Notes: generated from the sequence alone by a model not told the origin. A stretch of DNA of 64,000 nt from an uncultured delta proteobacterium (GCA_963765675.1 CAVXXK010000003.1:192001-256000), one strand, 5' to 3'; positions 30,725 to 39,656 are shown, numbered from the stretch's first letter. Numbers and translations: made by a program.

Positions 30725-30942
30725 GAGATGCCGCTCGATTCGCTTGCAGATGATTTTGGACAAACTGGTGCCTTGGATTTTTGATAGCGGGCGTTTTGCG
30801 GTGGGTTCGTTTGGTATCTTTTCTGGTGGCTTAAAAAATAAACTCCTTGAAGATGCTGCCGAATTCGCGGCGATGGGTTCGTTTCAGCATCTTTTTTGGT
30901 CATTGATATTTGGGCGCTCTGACGCCGCAAGAAAGAAAGACT

Positions 30943-31053
30943 AAACACAAAGACACCAAGGAAGAGGAAGACACTAAGACACGAAGAATACGCATATCCG
31001 CGCGCGGCGCGCGGATATGCGTGAGTTCTTGGTGCCTTCGTGTCTTGGTGGTT
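30943..31053. repeat. Inverted array of ~9-bp units (GACACCAAG-like) around a perfect 16-1-16 palindrome
   Basis: Left GACACCAAG/GACACTAAG/ACACGAAG, right CTTGGTGCCTTCGTGTCTTGGTGGTT; centre ACGCATATCCGCGCGC-G-GCGCGCGGATATGCGT (30990-31022). Confidence 0.75.
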
Positions 31054-31117
31054 GGATTGATGACTGCGCCTGATGCTTCCATGGGATCAGTTTTGCACGG
31101 ACTGGAATTGGGCATAA

Positions 31118-31134
31118 GGCTGAACAGTTCAGCC
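31118..31134. repeat. Perfect palindrome GGCTGAAC-A-GTTCAGCC (second copy at 57483-57503)
   Basis: Direct reading of both copies. Confidence 0.75.
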
Positions 31135-31385
31135 ATGAACAAATCTGGCAAAAACCCGAACGATCGTTAGGGAGGCGGAGAAGCGTGCAAATCGCACGGA
31201 ACGCCTGTGCCCCATGGGGTTTGCGATCTCTGATGATCGGCCCGATCTCTGCCCCCTTCCCAAACGGACGCGTCAAAAAAAGCCTACTTTTCGTTCTTTT
31301 ATTTGATATGCCTAATCGTTTCGATGAGATCCTTCGCCTGCCACGCAGGACGAAAGTTAGCGTGTAGCGAGAGGCTACGCGAAAG

Positions 31386-31411
31386 AGGGGCGGCTCGCGA
31401 GCCGCCCCTAC
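31386..31411 (-). repeat. GTAG-type REP palindrome
   Basis: Minus strand GTAGGGGCGGCTCGCGAGCCGCCCCT. Confidence 0.7.
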
Positions 31412-31427
31412 GAAGACAGGTGCGGTT

Positions 31428-31540
31428 GTCATTCCCGCGCGTGGCTGCCGCGCGAGGAATCCCGGGCGAAGGGCCGCTGCATGTGGTGTTGGCGTCGAGC
31501 ATGGACGCCTCGGGATTCCTCGCCCAGGGCTCGGAATGAC
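31428..31540. repeat. REPIN-like inverted pair of GTCATTCC..GAGGAATCCC units
   Basis: GTCATTCCCGCGCGTGGCTGCCGCGCGAGGAATCCCG (31428-31464) and CGGGATTCCTCGCCCAGGGCTCGGAATGAC (31511-31540); same family at 9.1-9.3 kb and 60.6-60.7 kb. Confidence 0.8.
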
Positions 31541-31620
31541 GGCCGGGAGGGCTTGGCTGAGATTACGATTCTCACCGCTCCACCGACTTTCGTGGCAGGA
31601 TGACTATGATGCGGTGGTCG

Positions 31621-33141
31621 CTAGTCGCCCGCGCCTACCGCGGCGAGTGCTATTCCTTCAACGGCGAGTGCGGGGACGTAGAAGGCTTCCGATGCACCCC
31701 AGACTATCGCGGGGGTTGGGCGCGAGCCGAGCGCGATCGGCGCGTCGAAGACCTGCGCGATGTTTGCATTGATCCGCAGACTGTTGGGCGCGAGCGGCTC
31801 CGCAAGTTTCCCGTTCCTGATCACATACGAATCGCCGCTGACGGTACAGGTGAAGTCGCCGGCGCGCTGCCCGTTGATGGGATAGGTGTACCAGACCCGG
31901 CCGACGTAGATGCCGTCGCCGACCGTCGCCATCATCTCGCGCTCGGAGACGCCGCCGCGCGCGCGCATGATCACGTTGGTGCCGGAGCTGGAAGGATGCG
32001 AATCGAAGCGGCGGCCGCCGCCCTCGCCCAGCCGGTATCCGCTGGCCCGTGGAAATTTCGCGTCCGTTCCAAGAGGGCCCAGTTTCTCCGCGCGGGCTTC
32101 GTCGGTTTCGAGGCGATGCGAATCGTAGATCGTCGAGAGCAATCCGACGATACGGCCATCGCGGATCAGATCGACGCGACGCGCGGGCAATCCCTCGCAG
32201 GTGATGCGCCTGCGCAGGGCTCCGGTGCGGGATTGTGGGTCATCGAAGAGCGTCAGCCGCTCGTCCATCACGCGCTCGCCGAAACGTCCGTGATACGCGG
32301 AACTCGAAGCGTGAAACGATCCAGCGGTCAGCGAACCCATCACCATGTAGTTGAGAATCTCCGCGACCGGCTGCGGTCCGAGGATAACGCGGTAGCTTCC
32401 GGAGGGCGGACGCACGCCGCGGCCAAGCGCGAGTGCGCGGCTGACCGCGTCACGCCCAAGCCGCGCCGACTCTGTGCGCATCGCGGCGATCGACGCGCCT
32501 AGCGCGCCGGCGGTTCCCTTGGCGTCGAGCGACTCGACCAGCGCGGTGACCGAGGAGCTGAAATGCGCGCTCTCGTCGGTGCGCAGATCGGGGAAGTTCG
32601 AATTCGCGATCGCGATCCGATCGCGGATGATCGAAATATCGCCGCCCAGCACCAGTCCCGGATTCTTCGCGCGCGCCGCCTCGCTCTTTTGAAACACAGC
32701 AAGCGCTCCGCCGATTATCCGCCACGCACTGGCGGCGAGCGCCGCGTCGCTCGAGCGCGACAGATCGCTGTGCGAGCTCGGCACGGGCACCGGCTTTGGA
32801 ACCGCGACCGAAAGTCCCGGAAAATGCGGATCGACTATGGTCGCGCGCCGCGCGCTCGCCACGGCGGCGCTGAGCGCCGGCAGGCTCAGGTCGCCCGCTT
32901 CGTACGCAGTGCCGATTTCGTGCGCGTCACGGCGCATTACGATTCGGACCTGGAAGCCGTCAGCGTGGAGGGTCTTGAACTCCTCGACGCCGCGGCAGGG
33001 AATGTCAGAGGTGTAACAGAGGCGCGCAATCCGGTTCTCCGCGGACGCGGCGTAGATTTCGAACGCGGCGATATCGCGCTCGCGCGAGAGCGCTCGAGCC
33101 GCGGCGCGTGCGAAGTCTTTCAGTTCAGCGGAGGTAAGCAT
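31621..33141 (-). CDS. PmbA/TldE-like metallopeptidase partner subunit
   Basis: Starts MLTSAELK at a TAATG overlap with tldD; PPSGSYRVILGP, LTLFDDP, EGLPARRVDLIRDG, GDFTCTVSG; no HExxGH. Confidence 0.8.
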   Translation of the reverse strand: MLTSAELKDFARAAARALSRERDIAAFEIYAASAENRIARLCYTSDIPCRGVEEFKTLHADGFQVRIVMRRDAHEIGTAYEAGDLSLPALSAAVASARRATIVDPHFPGLSVAVPKPVPVPSSHSDLSRSSDAALAASAWRIIGGALAVFQKSEAARAKNPGLVLGGDISIIRDRIAIANSNFPDLRTDESAHFSSSVTALVESLDAKGTAGALGASIAAMRTESARLGRDAVSRALALGRGVRPPSGSYRVILGPQPVAEILNYMVMGSLTAGSFHASSSAYHGRFGERVMDERLTLFDDPQSRTGALRRRITCEGLPARRVDLIRDGRIVGLLSTIYDSHRLETDEARAEKLGPLGTDAKFPRASGYRLGEGGGRRFDSHPSSSGTNVIMRARGGVSEREMMATVGDGIYVGRVWYTYPINGQRAGDFTCTVSGDSYVIRNGKLAEPLAPNSLRINANIAQVFDAPIALGSRPTPAIVWGASEAFYVPALAVEGIALAAVGAGD

Positions 33142-34724
33142 TATCCGCCACCGAGGCGCGCGCGCGAGCGCAGCGTGGGTCCGCCGTTGGACATCCGCTT
33201 TACCTGCATCGGCTGGCCTTTGCCGCAATTTGGAATCGCGATCAGGCGCAGATCGTCGCCGACCGCGTCGACGTTCATGAAGAAGCGGCGCGAGTCGGCG
33301 ATCACGCTGCCCGAGCGATAGAGTCGACCGATCTGCCCGTGATCGATTTCGTAAACCCGGCGCGCCGAGATGCGGAAGTTCTCGCGCGATTCGGCGATCG
33401 AGGGAATCTGATGGCCGCAAACGTAGTAGCCGTGCTCGACCTCGGCGATGATCTTTTCCGGCGGCGTCTCGCCCGGCATGAAAAAAGTGTTCGACATCCT
33501 GATCAGCGGCGCGTGCCATCCTTCGCTCGCGCGCGCCGATCCGTTTGGCTCGGCGCCGAGGATCGCGGCGGTTGCGCGCGAGTTCAGAAACTCGCCGAAG
33601 CGCCCGCGCTCGAAGTGCATTACGCGGCGGCCGGGCGTGCCCTCGTGGTCGTAGCGATAGTGGCCGTAGCCGTCGAGCGAAGGGTCCGAGCACGCGGACA
33701 GCAGAGGAGACGCGACCATCTTTCCAATCTCGTTGTCTTCGAGCGAGCGCAGAAACCAGCTCCGGCCGGCGTAGGCCGCTTCCATCTTGAGCGCGCGATC
33801 GGCTTCGCTCGGATGGCCAACGATTTCGTGAGCGACCAGCGCGTTGAAATGCGGATCGGTGACGACTACGACTTCGCCATCGGGCGGCTTGAGGACCGGC
33901 GCCGCCGCGAGCTCGCGCGCCTCGGATGCGAGCGTGACGGCGAAGGTTTGCAGGTCGGGATTCGGCATCAGCTCGCCGCGCCATCCTTCCTCGAGACATT
34001 CGAAGCCGCGCTGCTGGCCGATAGTGTCGTAGTTTTCCTGATGGCCGCCGGCCGATTGCGCGACGACGTACGAATCGCCTTGCGAGAATGCGAACGCCTG
34101 CGAGATCAGGCTGCCCGTGGTGTTGGCGAAAAGCTCGTGGCGCAGCTCGGTCATCGCGGAGACCACGTTGAAGGCGATCTCGGCGCCGAGCGCGCTGACG
34201 GCTCGTGAAGAGTCGAGCGCGAGCCGCTTGAGCTCGTCGATTGAGATCGCGCGAGGATCGCGCCGGAACACCGCGGCGATATCGGTGCGAATCGGCCCCG
34301 CCGCGGGTATCGCCCGGGTCTGGAGCGCGCGCGCCGCCGCACTCGCGCCGATGGTTTTGAGAATCGCGCCCTTCTCGCGCGCACTCGCGCGGGCGCGAAC
34401 GTATGCCTCGTCCAGAACGGCACGAAGGACCGCCCGCAGCTTGGCGGGCCGGGCGGCGAGCGCTCCCGCCTCGGCACCAGTCTGTCCATGGCCGATCGCG
34501 CCCGAGCGATCGCGCACGTGCACCGCGACCGAGAACGAGGCGCTCTCGCTCTCGATACTGTCGCGCGGCTCGCCGTCGGTCGCGGCGCCCGAACGCAGCG
34601 CCACCGCCTCGAACCGCAGTTCGGCGTAAACGGCGTCCCTGTGGCTGCGCGTGAAGCGGCGCAGCAAATCTTCCGCGTCGCGCTTGAACTCATCCGCCGC
34701 GTCGAAAATGTCCGCTGCCGCCAT
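33141..34724 (-). CDS. tldD: TldD family metalloprotease
   Basis: HEIVGHPSEADR zinc motif, YDHEG, GSARA..IRMSNT, CGKGQP..GGP. Confidence 0.88.
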   Translation of the reverse strand: MAAADIFDAADEFKRDAEDLLRRFTRSHRDAVYAELRFEAVALRSGAATDGEPRDSIESESASFSVAVHVRDRSGAIGHGQTGAEAGALAARPAKLRAVLRAVLDEAYVRARASAREKGAILKTIGASAAARALQTRAIPAAGPIRTDIAAVFRRDPRAISIDELKRLALDSSRAVSALGAEIAFNVVSAMTELRHELFANTTGSLISQAFAFSQGDSYVVAQSAGGHQENYDTIGQQRGFECLEEGWRGELMPNPDLQTFAVTLASEARELAAAPVLKPPDGEVVVVTDPHFNALVAHEIVGHPSEADRALKMEAAYAGRSWFLRSLEDNEIGKMVASPLLSACSDPSLDGYGHYRYDHEGTPGRRVMHFERGRFGEFLNSRATAAILGAEPNGSARASEGWHAPLIRMSNTFFMPGETPPEKIIAEVEHGYYVCGHQIPSIAESRENFRISARRVYEIDHGQIGRLYRSGSVIADSRRFFMNVDAVGDDLRLIAIPNCGKGQPMQVKRMSNGGPTLRSRARLGGG

Positions 34725-34751
34725 AGCAATGTCCCGTCGCGCCGCGCGTAG

Positions 34752-35501
34752 CTATTGGACGCTGATCGGAATCCGCACGTCGAACTCCGAATCAATCGCG
34801 ACTCCGTCTTTCATCCCGGGAAAAAACTTCCACTGCTGCAAGTCGTTCAGCAGAATCTGGTTGAGGCGCGGATTGGAAGTTGGCGTGGTCAGCGTCACCG
34901 TCACGGTTCCATCATATGCAACTCTGAAGTGCGCGACCGCAACCTCCTGGAACACGTCCTGGCGCAGGTCGTCGGGAATCTGAGGCGTGGGCGCATAGAG
35001 AGCGCGAGCGCCGAGCGTGTTGGTTCCGATTCCGCCGCCTGAACCCGCGCCGCCCCCGCCTCCGCCGCCTCCCGTGGCTGAAGCGCCGCTGACGCCGCCC
35101 GTCGAGCCAGCGGTCGCCGAAGAGGTACCGGCAGGAGCGGCTTCGCTGTTGCTGCTCTTGAGAGTTCCTTCGGGCGAGACCGGGATCGGCGGCGCGGGAG
35201 TCTCAATCTTTTTGTGATGCACAGGATGCGGTTTCGGAGCGACGTGCGGCACTACTTTGGCGATTGGAGCGGGAGCAGGACCGGCGCCGCCGCCTCCGGC
35301 CAGGCCGCCGATCGGAATCTCGACGATGCGCGCCTCGACAGCGTTTTCGGGCGGCGCGGTCGGCGGAGTCTGCTCCAGCACCCGCGAGAACGCGAACAGC
35401 AGGAGCAGCCACGCCGCAATCGCGGCCGGAACGATCCACGGCAGCCGCCGCCACGGATCGTCGAGCGGCGGCATCCGCCCAATCTGAACCGCCGGGTTCA
35501 T
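34752..35501 (-). CDS. tonB: Energy transducer TonB
   Basis: N-terminal TM, Pro/Gly-rich linker, TonB_C-like domain (..QQWKFFPGMKDG..); follows exbD. Confidence 0.8.
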   Translation of the reverse strand: MNPAVQIGRMPPLDDPWRRLPWIVPAAIAAWLLLLFAFSRVLEQTPPTAPPENAVEARIVEIPIGGLAGGGGAGPAPAPIAKVVPHVAPKPHPVHHKKIETPAPPIPVSPEGTLKSSNSEAAPAGTSSATAGSTGGVSGASATGGGGGGGGAGSGGGIGTNTLGARALYAPTPQIPDDLRQDVFQEVAVAHFRVAYDGTVTVTLTTPTSNPRLNQILLNDLQQWKFFPGMKDGVAIDSEFDVRIPISVQ

Positions 35502-35896
35502 TCGCGCTTGACCGCGATCATGAAATGCTCGACGCCGGCGCGCCGCGCCTGCAGCATCGATTGCACCACGATTCCCTCGGGCGCGGCGCTGTCGGCATTG
35601 ACCACGACGCCCGACTCACCCGCGAGCATCGGCTTGAGCGCGAACGCCAGCGACTCGAGCGTGGTCGGCGTCTTGTCGAGAAAAATCTTGCTGTCCTTGG
35701 TGATCGTGAGGGTGACGGGCTCCTTGTGATTCAGATTCTCGGCATTGCCTTGCGGAAGATTTACCGTGATCGAGTTGAGGCTCTGCATCGAGAGCGACGC
35801 GAGCATGAACGTGACCAGCAGAAAGAACATCACGTCGATCATTGGGATGATCTCGATCCGGCCGTGACGGAACTCGCGCGCGCGCTTGAGCTTCAT
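35498..35896 (-). CDS. exbD: Biopolymer transporter ExbD
   Basis: IEIIPMIDVMFFLLVTFM..VNLP. Confidence 0.9.
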   Translation of the reverse strand: MKLKRAREFRHGRIEIIPMIDVMFFLLVTFMLASLSMQSLNSITVNLPQGNAENLNHKEPVTLTITKDSKIFLDKTPTTLESLAFALKPMLAGESGVVVNADSAAPEGIVVQSMLQARRAGVEHFMIAVKRE

Positions 35897-36600
35897 CGCA
35901 CGGCCTCCGCCACTCGGGGACCGCGTCCGGGCCGCTCGGCCGGCTCGTGAGGGCTGGGAGCGTCGATGCCGCCGTTCTCGCGATCGAGCCGGATGTGGTC
36001 AACCAGGCGCGAGCCGAGCCGCTCCATGTGATCGAGCGACCGCGATTGCATCCGCGAGAAAAAGTTGAAAGCAAACAGCGCGAACAGGGCGATGAGCAAT
36101 CCCAATGCGGTCGAAATCAGCGCCTGCGCGACGCCCGAGGTAACCTTGGCGGGAGCCACGAGGCCCGCGCCGCCGATTATCTGAAACGCGTCCATCATGC
36201 CGGTGATCGTCCCGAGGAGCCCCATCAGCGGCGCCGCGGTGACGACGGTCTCGAGCACCCAGAGTCCGCGGCCGAGCGACTTTTCAATCTCGCCGGCTTC
36301 ATCGCCTGCGCGCGACTCGACCCACCACGCCGGCTTGCTGCGACTCTCCAGGATGACGCGGATGAATCGGGCATACGCGTTGCGCGGGCCGAGCGTGTCA
36401 ACCTGTCGCGCCAAGGCGTCCCACGAGAAGCCGAAGGTTTCGATCAAATCGGCGGTTTGGACCGGCAGCCGCAGGCATCGCGAGTACATCACGGCGCGAT
36501 CAAAGATTATGATCAGTGCGATCACTCCCAACAGGAGCAGCGGATAGACCATCGCGCCGCCGAATTGGAGCGCCACCCATGCCGCGTTTATTTCACTCAT
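35893..36600 (-). CDS. exbB: MotA/TolQ/ExbB proton channel
   Basis: APLMGLLGTITGM..GVAQALISTALGL. Confidence 0.9.
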   Translation of the reverse strand: MSEINAAWVALQFGGAMVYPLLLLGVIALIIIFDRAVMYSRCLRLPVQTADLIETFGFSWDALARQVDTLGPRNAYARFIRVILESRSKPAWWVESRAGDEAGEIEKSLGRGLWVLETVVTAAPLMGLLGTITGMMDAFQIIGGAGLVAPAKVTSGVAQALISTALGLLIALFALFAFNFFSRMQSRSLDHMERLGSRLVDHIRLDRENGGIDAPSPHEPAERPGRGPRVAEAVR

Positions 36601-36641
36601 AAGCTGGCCTCGGCCGGAATTGTTCCAGGTACTTCGTCATA

Positions 36642-36658
36642 TTGAAACTGATTCTCAC
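36642..36658. promoter_or_regulatory. Candidate Fur box upstream of exbB
   Basis: TTGAAACT-G-ATTCTCAC matches the 7-1-7 TGA(A/G)AATnATT(T/C)TCA Fur-type inverted repeat with one mismatch; AT-rich island 42 bp upstream of exbB. Confidence 0.65.
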
Positions 36659-36713
36659 TTTCGCTTAAGCTTGCTACACGCCTTGTCTTCGATCAAGCCA
36701 CAGATCATCGGCC

Positions 36714-39104
36714 TCAGGGCGTCAGTGCTGCGGCTTTCAGGGTTGGAAATTCCCACTTCACTCCGCCGTAAATCGCGCGCCGCGGACCGTATTGGGCAGC
36801 GAACACGCCGACTCCACTGCCGTTGCGAATCTGGTAGATGTCGTCGCCCATATTCACGATCGCAGCGCGCAGAACCATCGCGCCGCGGCTGGCCAACTCG
36901 ATGCGTTTGGCGATCGCTGCATCGACCTGGATATAAAACGGCAGGTTGCCGGTGTTCGCGAATCCCCGGCGCAGCCCGCTCTCGTAGTTTCCAGCAATGC
37001 TGAACATGTACCCCTTCCAGTTGTACACCGCGCCCACCGAAGAGGTGAATGTCTGATCGTGATCGAGGAATATGTAATGGCTATTGATATATTTCAGCTC
37101 AGTGGGCGTGAAGTTGAACTGCCCCGATTCGACCTGCGTACCCTGCGCTACGCTGTATGCGAAATTCGCGTAGGTATAGAGATTGTTGTAGGTATAGGAA
37201 CTGGTAAACTCAGTACCGTACACGCGACCCTTCGCGTAGTTGAAGGTTTCGAAGATCAGCGCGGGGCCGAACTGGCCTTCGTCAATTAAATCGGCGGCCT
37301 TTTTGTAGTAGGAATCGATCCCGACGTTGAGCCCCGGAATCACCTGCTGGATCACACCCGCGTCAAACAGATGGTCACGTTCGACGGTCGGGGTCCCATT
37401 GCCGGTCGAAGGCGGTGCTCCTGTGGTGCCACGCAATTCCTTGATCGAAGAGACCTGCACCAACTCGGTAACCGGCGGCGTAAACTGGCGTGCGTAGGCC
37501 GCGTGGAGGGTGGTGTTTTTGAACGGCTTGTAATTGATCCCGACGCGCGGGCTCGCCTGATCAGCCCGCACCAGCCCGTCGTACAAGTCGAACCGCACAC
37601 CCACGTTGATCGTCAGCGGCTCGACGGGCTTCCATTCGTCCTGCGCATAGACACTATAAGTCCATGCCGTGAGCGCGACGTCGTTCACCAGCGAAAAGGG
37701 CACGTCACTGGTCTGCTTGCCGGTCGCGGGGTCGGCGGGAAACACTGACTCGTGATTGTCTATTTCGGCGCGTTCGCCGTCGAAGTAGGCGCCGATCCGG
37801 ATGGTGTGGTGATTGAAGCCGCGGTATGCCGTGTCGGCCTGGATTCCACCGGCCCAATCGCTGCGAAACACCCGTGACGCGGCGCCGTTAAATATAAGGT
37901 CGCCGACCGGGTCGGGATTGAACGAGACTGTCGAATACCGGCTGAATGGAGCGATTTGATAATCGAAGTTCGAACCGATCTCGCCCTGCAGAGCCAGAAC
38001 TCCGAAATAATTTTCCTCGAATTGAGTTTCCGCGAGGTCCGCCGACGGATAGGTCGGAACTCCCCTCAATGCAAAGATTTGCGGCTGATCGGGATTCGCC
38101 GGAATCTCGAAGTGGTTGACCGAAGTTCCCGTGATCAGGCTGAGCCGCGTGGTCGGATTGAGAAAGTAGGAGAAATAGCCAAATCCCGACCCCTGATGCG
38201 CCGTGTCGTGGATCGGCGTCGGCCCGGGCGTTGGAGGTTCCAGGCCGCGATCGGTGTGCTCATATTGCGCGGTTACGAAGTAGCTGAAATCGCCCTTCGA
38301 GCCGCCGTATTCGAAGCTCGGCTGCTCGGTTCCGCGCTGGCCGCCGTAAAACTCGACGTCGCCGCCATTGTCGAGGAGTCCATCCTTGGTCTTGATGTCG
38401 ATCACTCCGGCGGTCCGCAAGCCGAACTCGGCCGGCAGCGCTCCGTCGAGCAGGCTGATGCTCTGCGCGAAGCGCGGGCTGAGCACCTGGCCAAATCCGG
38501 TGATGCCCTCGGGAAGCTGGACGCCGTTAATTCGGTACTGGAGATTCGCGTGATCGCCCCGAACGTGGATTTGGCCGTAAGAGTCCTGCGCGACTCCCGG
38601 AGCCTGCAGCAGCACCTGGTTGAGCGGGGTATTGTTGCCTTGCGGCAACTCCTGAATCGCCTTTTTGCTGAAGGTATATACGCTGCCCCCGGTTTGCGGC
38701 GACAGCGCGTTGCGTGCCTGGTTGAGCCTCTTTGCGGCCACCGTCATGCTGAGCGCGGCCTGCGAAGCCAGCGCGACGACGACGGGTTTCGCGCCGGCGC
38801 GAGTGACCGTGACAATCTGCGTGCCGGTTTTGAAACCGGATTTTTTAACGATGATTGCGTAAACCCCGGGCTCCGGCGCGCGAAGCGAAAAATTTCCGCC
38901 CTGACCCGATTCGGCTTTTGCAACCGGCTTTCCCGTGTTGTCCTGTAACTCAGTTGATGCGCCCGCGATCGGACGCCCGAGCGCGTCTTTGATCGTGCCG
39001 GTGATTTTCTCCGCGGCGAACTTCGGAGTTGTCTGCGCCGATGCCGCGGTGCCGATAGCCGTAATCATGGCTATCCAAATAGCCATTAGTGTGAACCGTC
39101 TCAT
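36714..39104 (-). CDS. TonB-dependent receptor with N-terminal carboxypeptidase-regulatory-like domain
   Basis: Signal peptide MRRFTL.. with GGGAG RBS; ITGTIKDALGRPIAGA, plug LLQAPGV..HVRG, YAQDEWK..INVGVRFD, SPRVG. Confidence 0.9.
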   Translation of the reverse strand: MRRFTLMAIWIAMITAIGTAASAQTTPKFAAEKITGTIKDALGRPIAGASTELQDNTGKPVAKAESGQGGNFSLRAPEPGVYAIIVKKSGFKTGTQIVTVTRAGAKPVVVALASQAALSMTVAAKRLNQARNALSPQTGGSVYTFSKKAIQELPQGNNTPLNQVLLQAPGVAQDSYGQIHVRGDHANLQYRINGVQLPEGITGFGQVLSPRFAQSISLLDGALPAEFGLRTAGVIDIKTKDGLLDNGGDVEFYGGQRGTEQPSFEYGGSKGDFSYFVTAQYEHTDRGLEPPTPGPTPIHDTAHQGSGFGYFSYFLNPTTRLSLITGTSVNHFEIPANPDQPQIFALRGVPTYPSADLAETQFEENYFGVLALQGEIGSNFDYQIAPFSRYSTVSFNPDPVGDLIFNGAASRVFRSDWAGGIQADTAYRGFNHHTIRIGAYFDGERAEIDNHESVFPADPATGKQTSDVPFSLVNDVALTAWTYSVYAQDEWKPVEPLTINVGVRFDLYDGLVRADQASPRVGINYKPFKNTTLHAAYARQFTPPVTELVQVSSIKELRGTTGAPPSTGNGTPTVERDHLFDAGVIQQVIPGLNVGIDSYYKKAADLIDEGQFGPALIFETFNYAKGRVYGTEFTSSYTYNNLYTYANFAYSVAQGTQVESGQFNFTPTELKYINSHYIFLDHDQTFTSSVGAVYNWKGYMFSIAGNYESGLRRGFANTGNLPFYIQVDAAIAKRIELASRGAMVLRAAIVNMGDDIYQIRNGSGVGVFAAQYGPRRAIYGGVKWEFPTLKAAALTP

Positions 39105-39125
39105 CTGATACTCCCATGCATCGAT

Positions 39126-39177
39126 CCTCCCGGCGCCGCGCGACGCGCGATCACCGGGTTCGCACGGCGCCAGCAGG
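39126..39177 (-). promoter_or_regulatory. GC-rich hairpin in the leader between the uORF and the TonB-dependent receptor
   Basis: Minus strand CTGGCGCCGTGCGA / TCGCGCGGCGCCGG 14-bp stem with G-U pairs, just upstream of the RBS. Confidence 0.5.
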
Positions 39178-39217
39178 CGCGCGCGAACCATTTCGATCAC
39201 TCAAACAGGGAAAGAGA

Positions 39218-39517
39218 TCAGATAAGAGCGGGCGGAGCCCGGCCGAACAGGAGCGAGTCAAACTCAAACGGTATCAGCAGCCGCGCCGCGTTTGACCGAG
39301 CCTCTACGATCGCGAGCGGATACCCGAACGCGGGCGTCGCCGCGAGCGCGGAAGGGGTGTGGCAATGATGCAGACAGATCGGACAGAGATCGGGCTCGAC
39401 AGCGCTCGAGGAGCTCTGCGCAGTAGCCTTCGCTCCGACCGGCGGATGAAAGTGCGCGGCGCCGAGCAACTGCACGAGGACCAGCAGCGCCAGCGCGAAC
39501 CAGCTAACGCCGCGCAT
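39218..39517 (-). CDS. DUF2946/CruR-like regulatory uORF with CxxC and RAPP arrest motif
   Basis: Hydrophobic N-terminus, AHFH, CPICLHHCH, C-terminal GRAPPALI*; directly upstream of the TBDR. Confidence 0.8.
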   Translation of the reverse strand: MRGVSWFALALLVLVQLLGAAHFHPPVGAKATAQSSSSAVEPDLCPICLHHCHTPSALAATPAFGYPLAIVEARSNAARLLIPFEFDSLLFGRAPPALI

Positions 39518-39656
39518 CGTCGCGCCGCGATATTTTCCGCGCCCTTCCATCAACCTATGTCCGCCACTGGGTTCACGATTCTCGAAACGCCGGCGCGACA
39601 GCGCCGACCGGCCCTAGATTATGCCCGCCTGTGGCGGCGACTCAACCCCTCAGGAA

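Noticed and set aside
30943-31053. CRISPR-like short repeats
   Set aside because: Units are ~9 bp without unique spacers, arranged as an inverted array; no cas genes in the window
31310-31360. Possible hammerhead ribozyme (CGATGAG..GGACGAAA)
   Set aside because: Core reads TCGATGA rather than CTGATGA, there is no stem I, and the segment fits a degenerate GAGATCCTTCG..CAGGATGAC repeat better
31621-33999. 792-aa ORF
   Set aside because: The first ~285 codons are an out-of-frame overlap with tldD; the real PmbA-like gene starts at 33141
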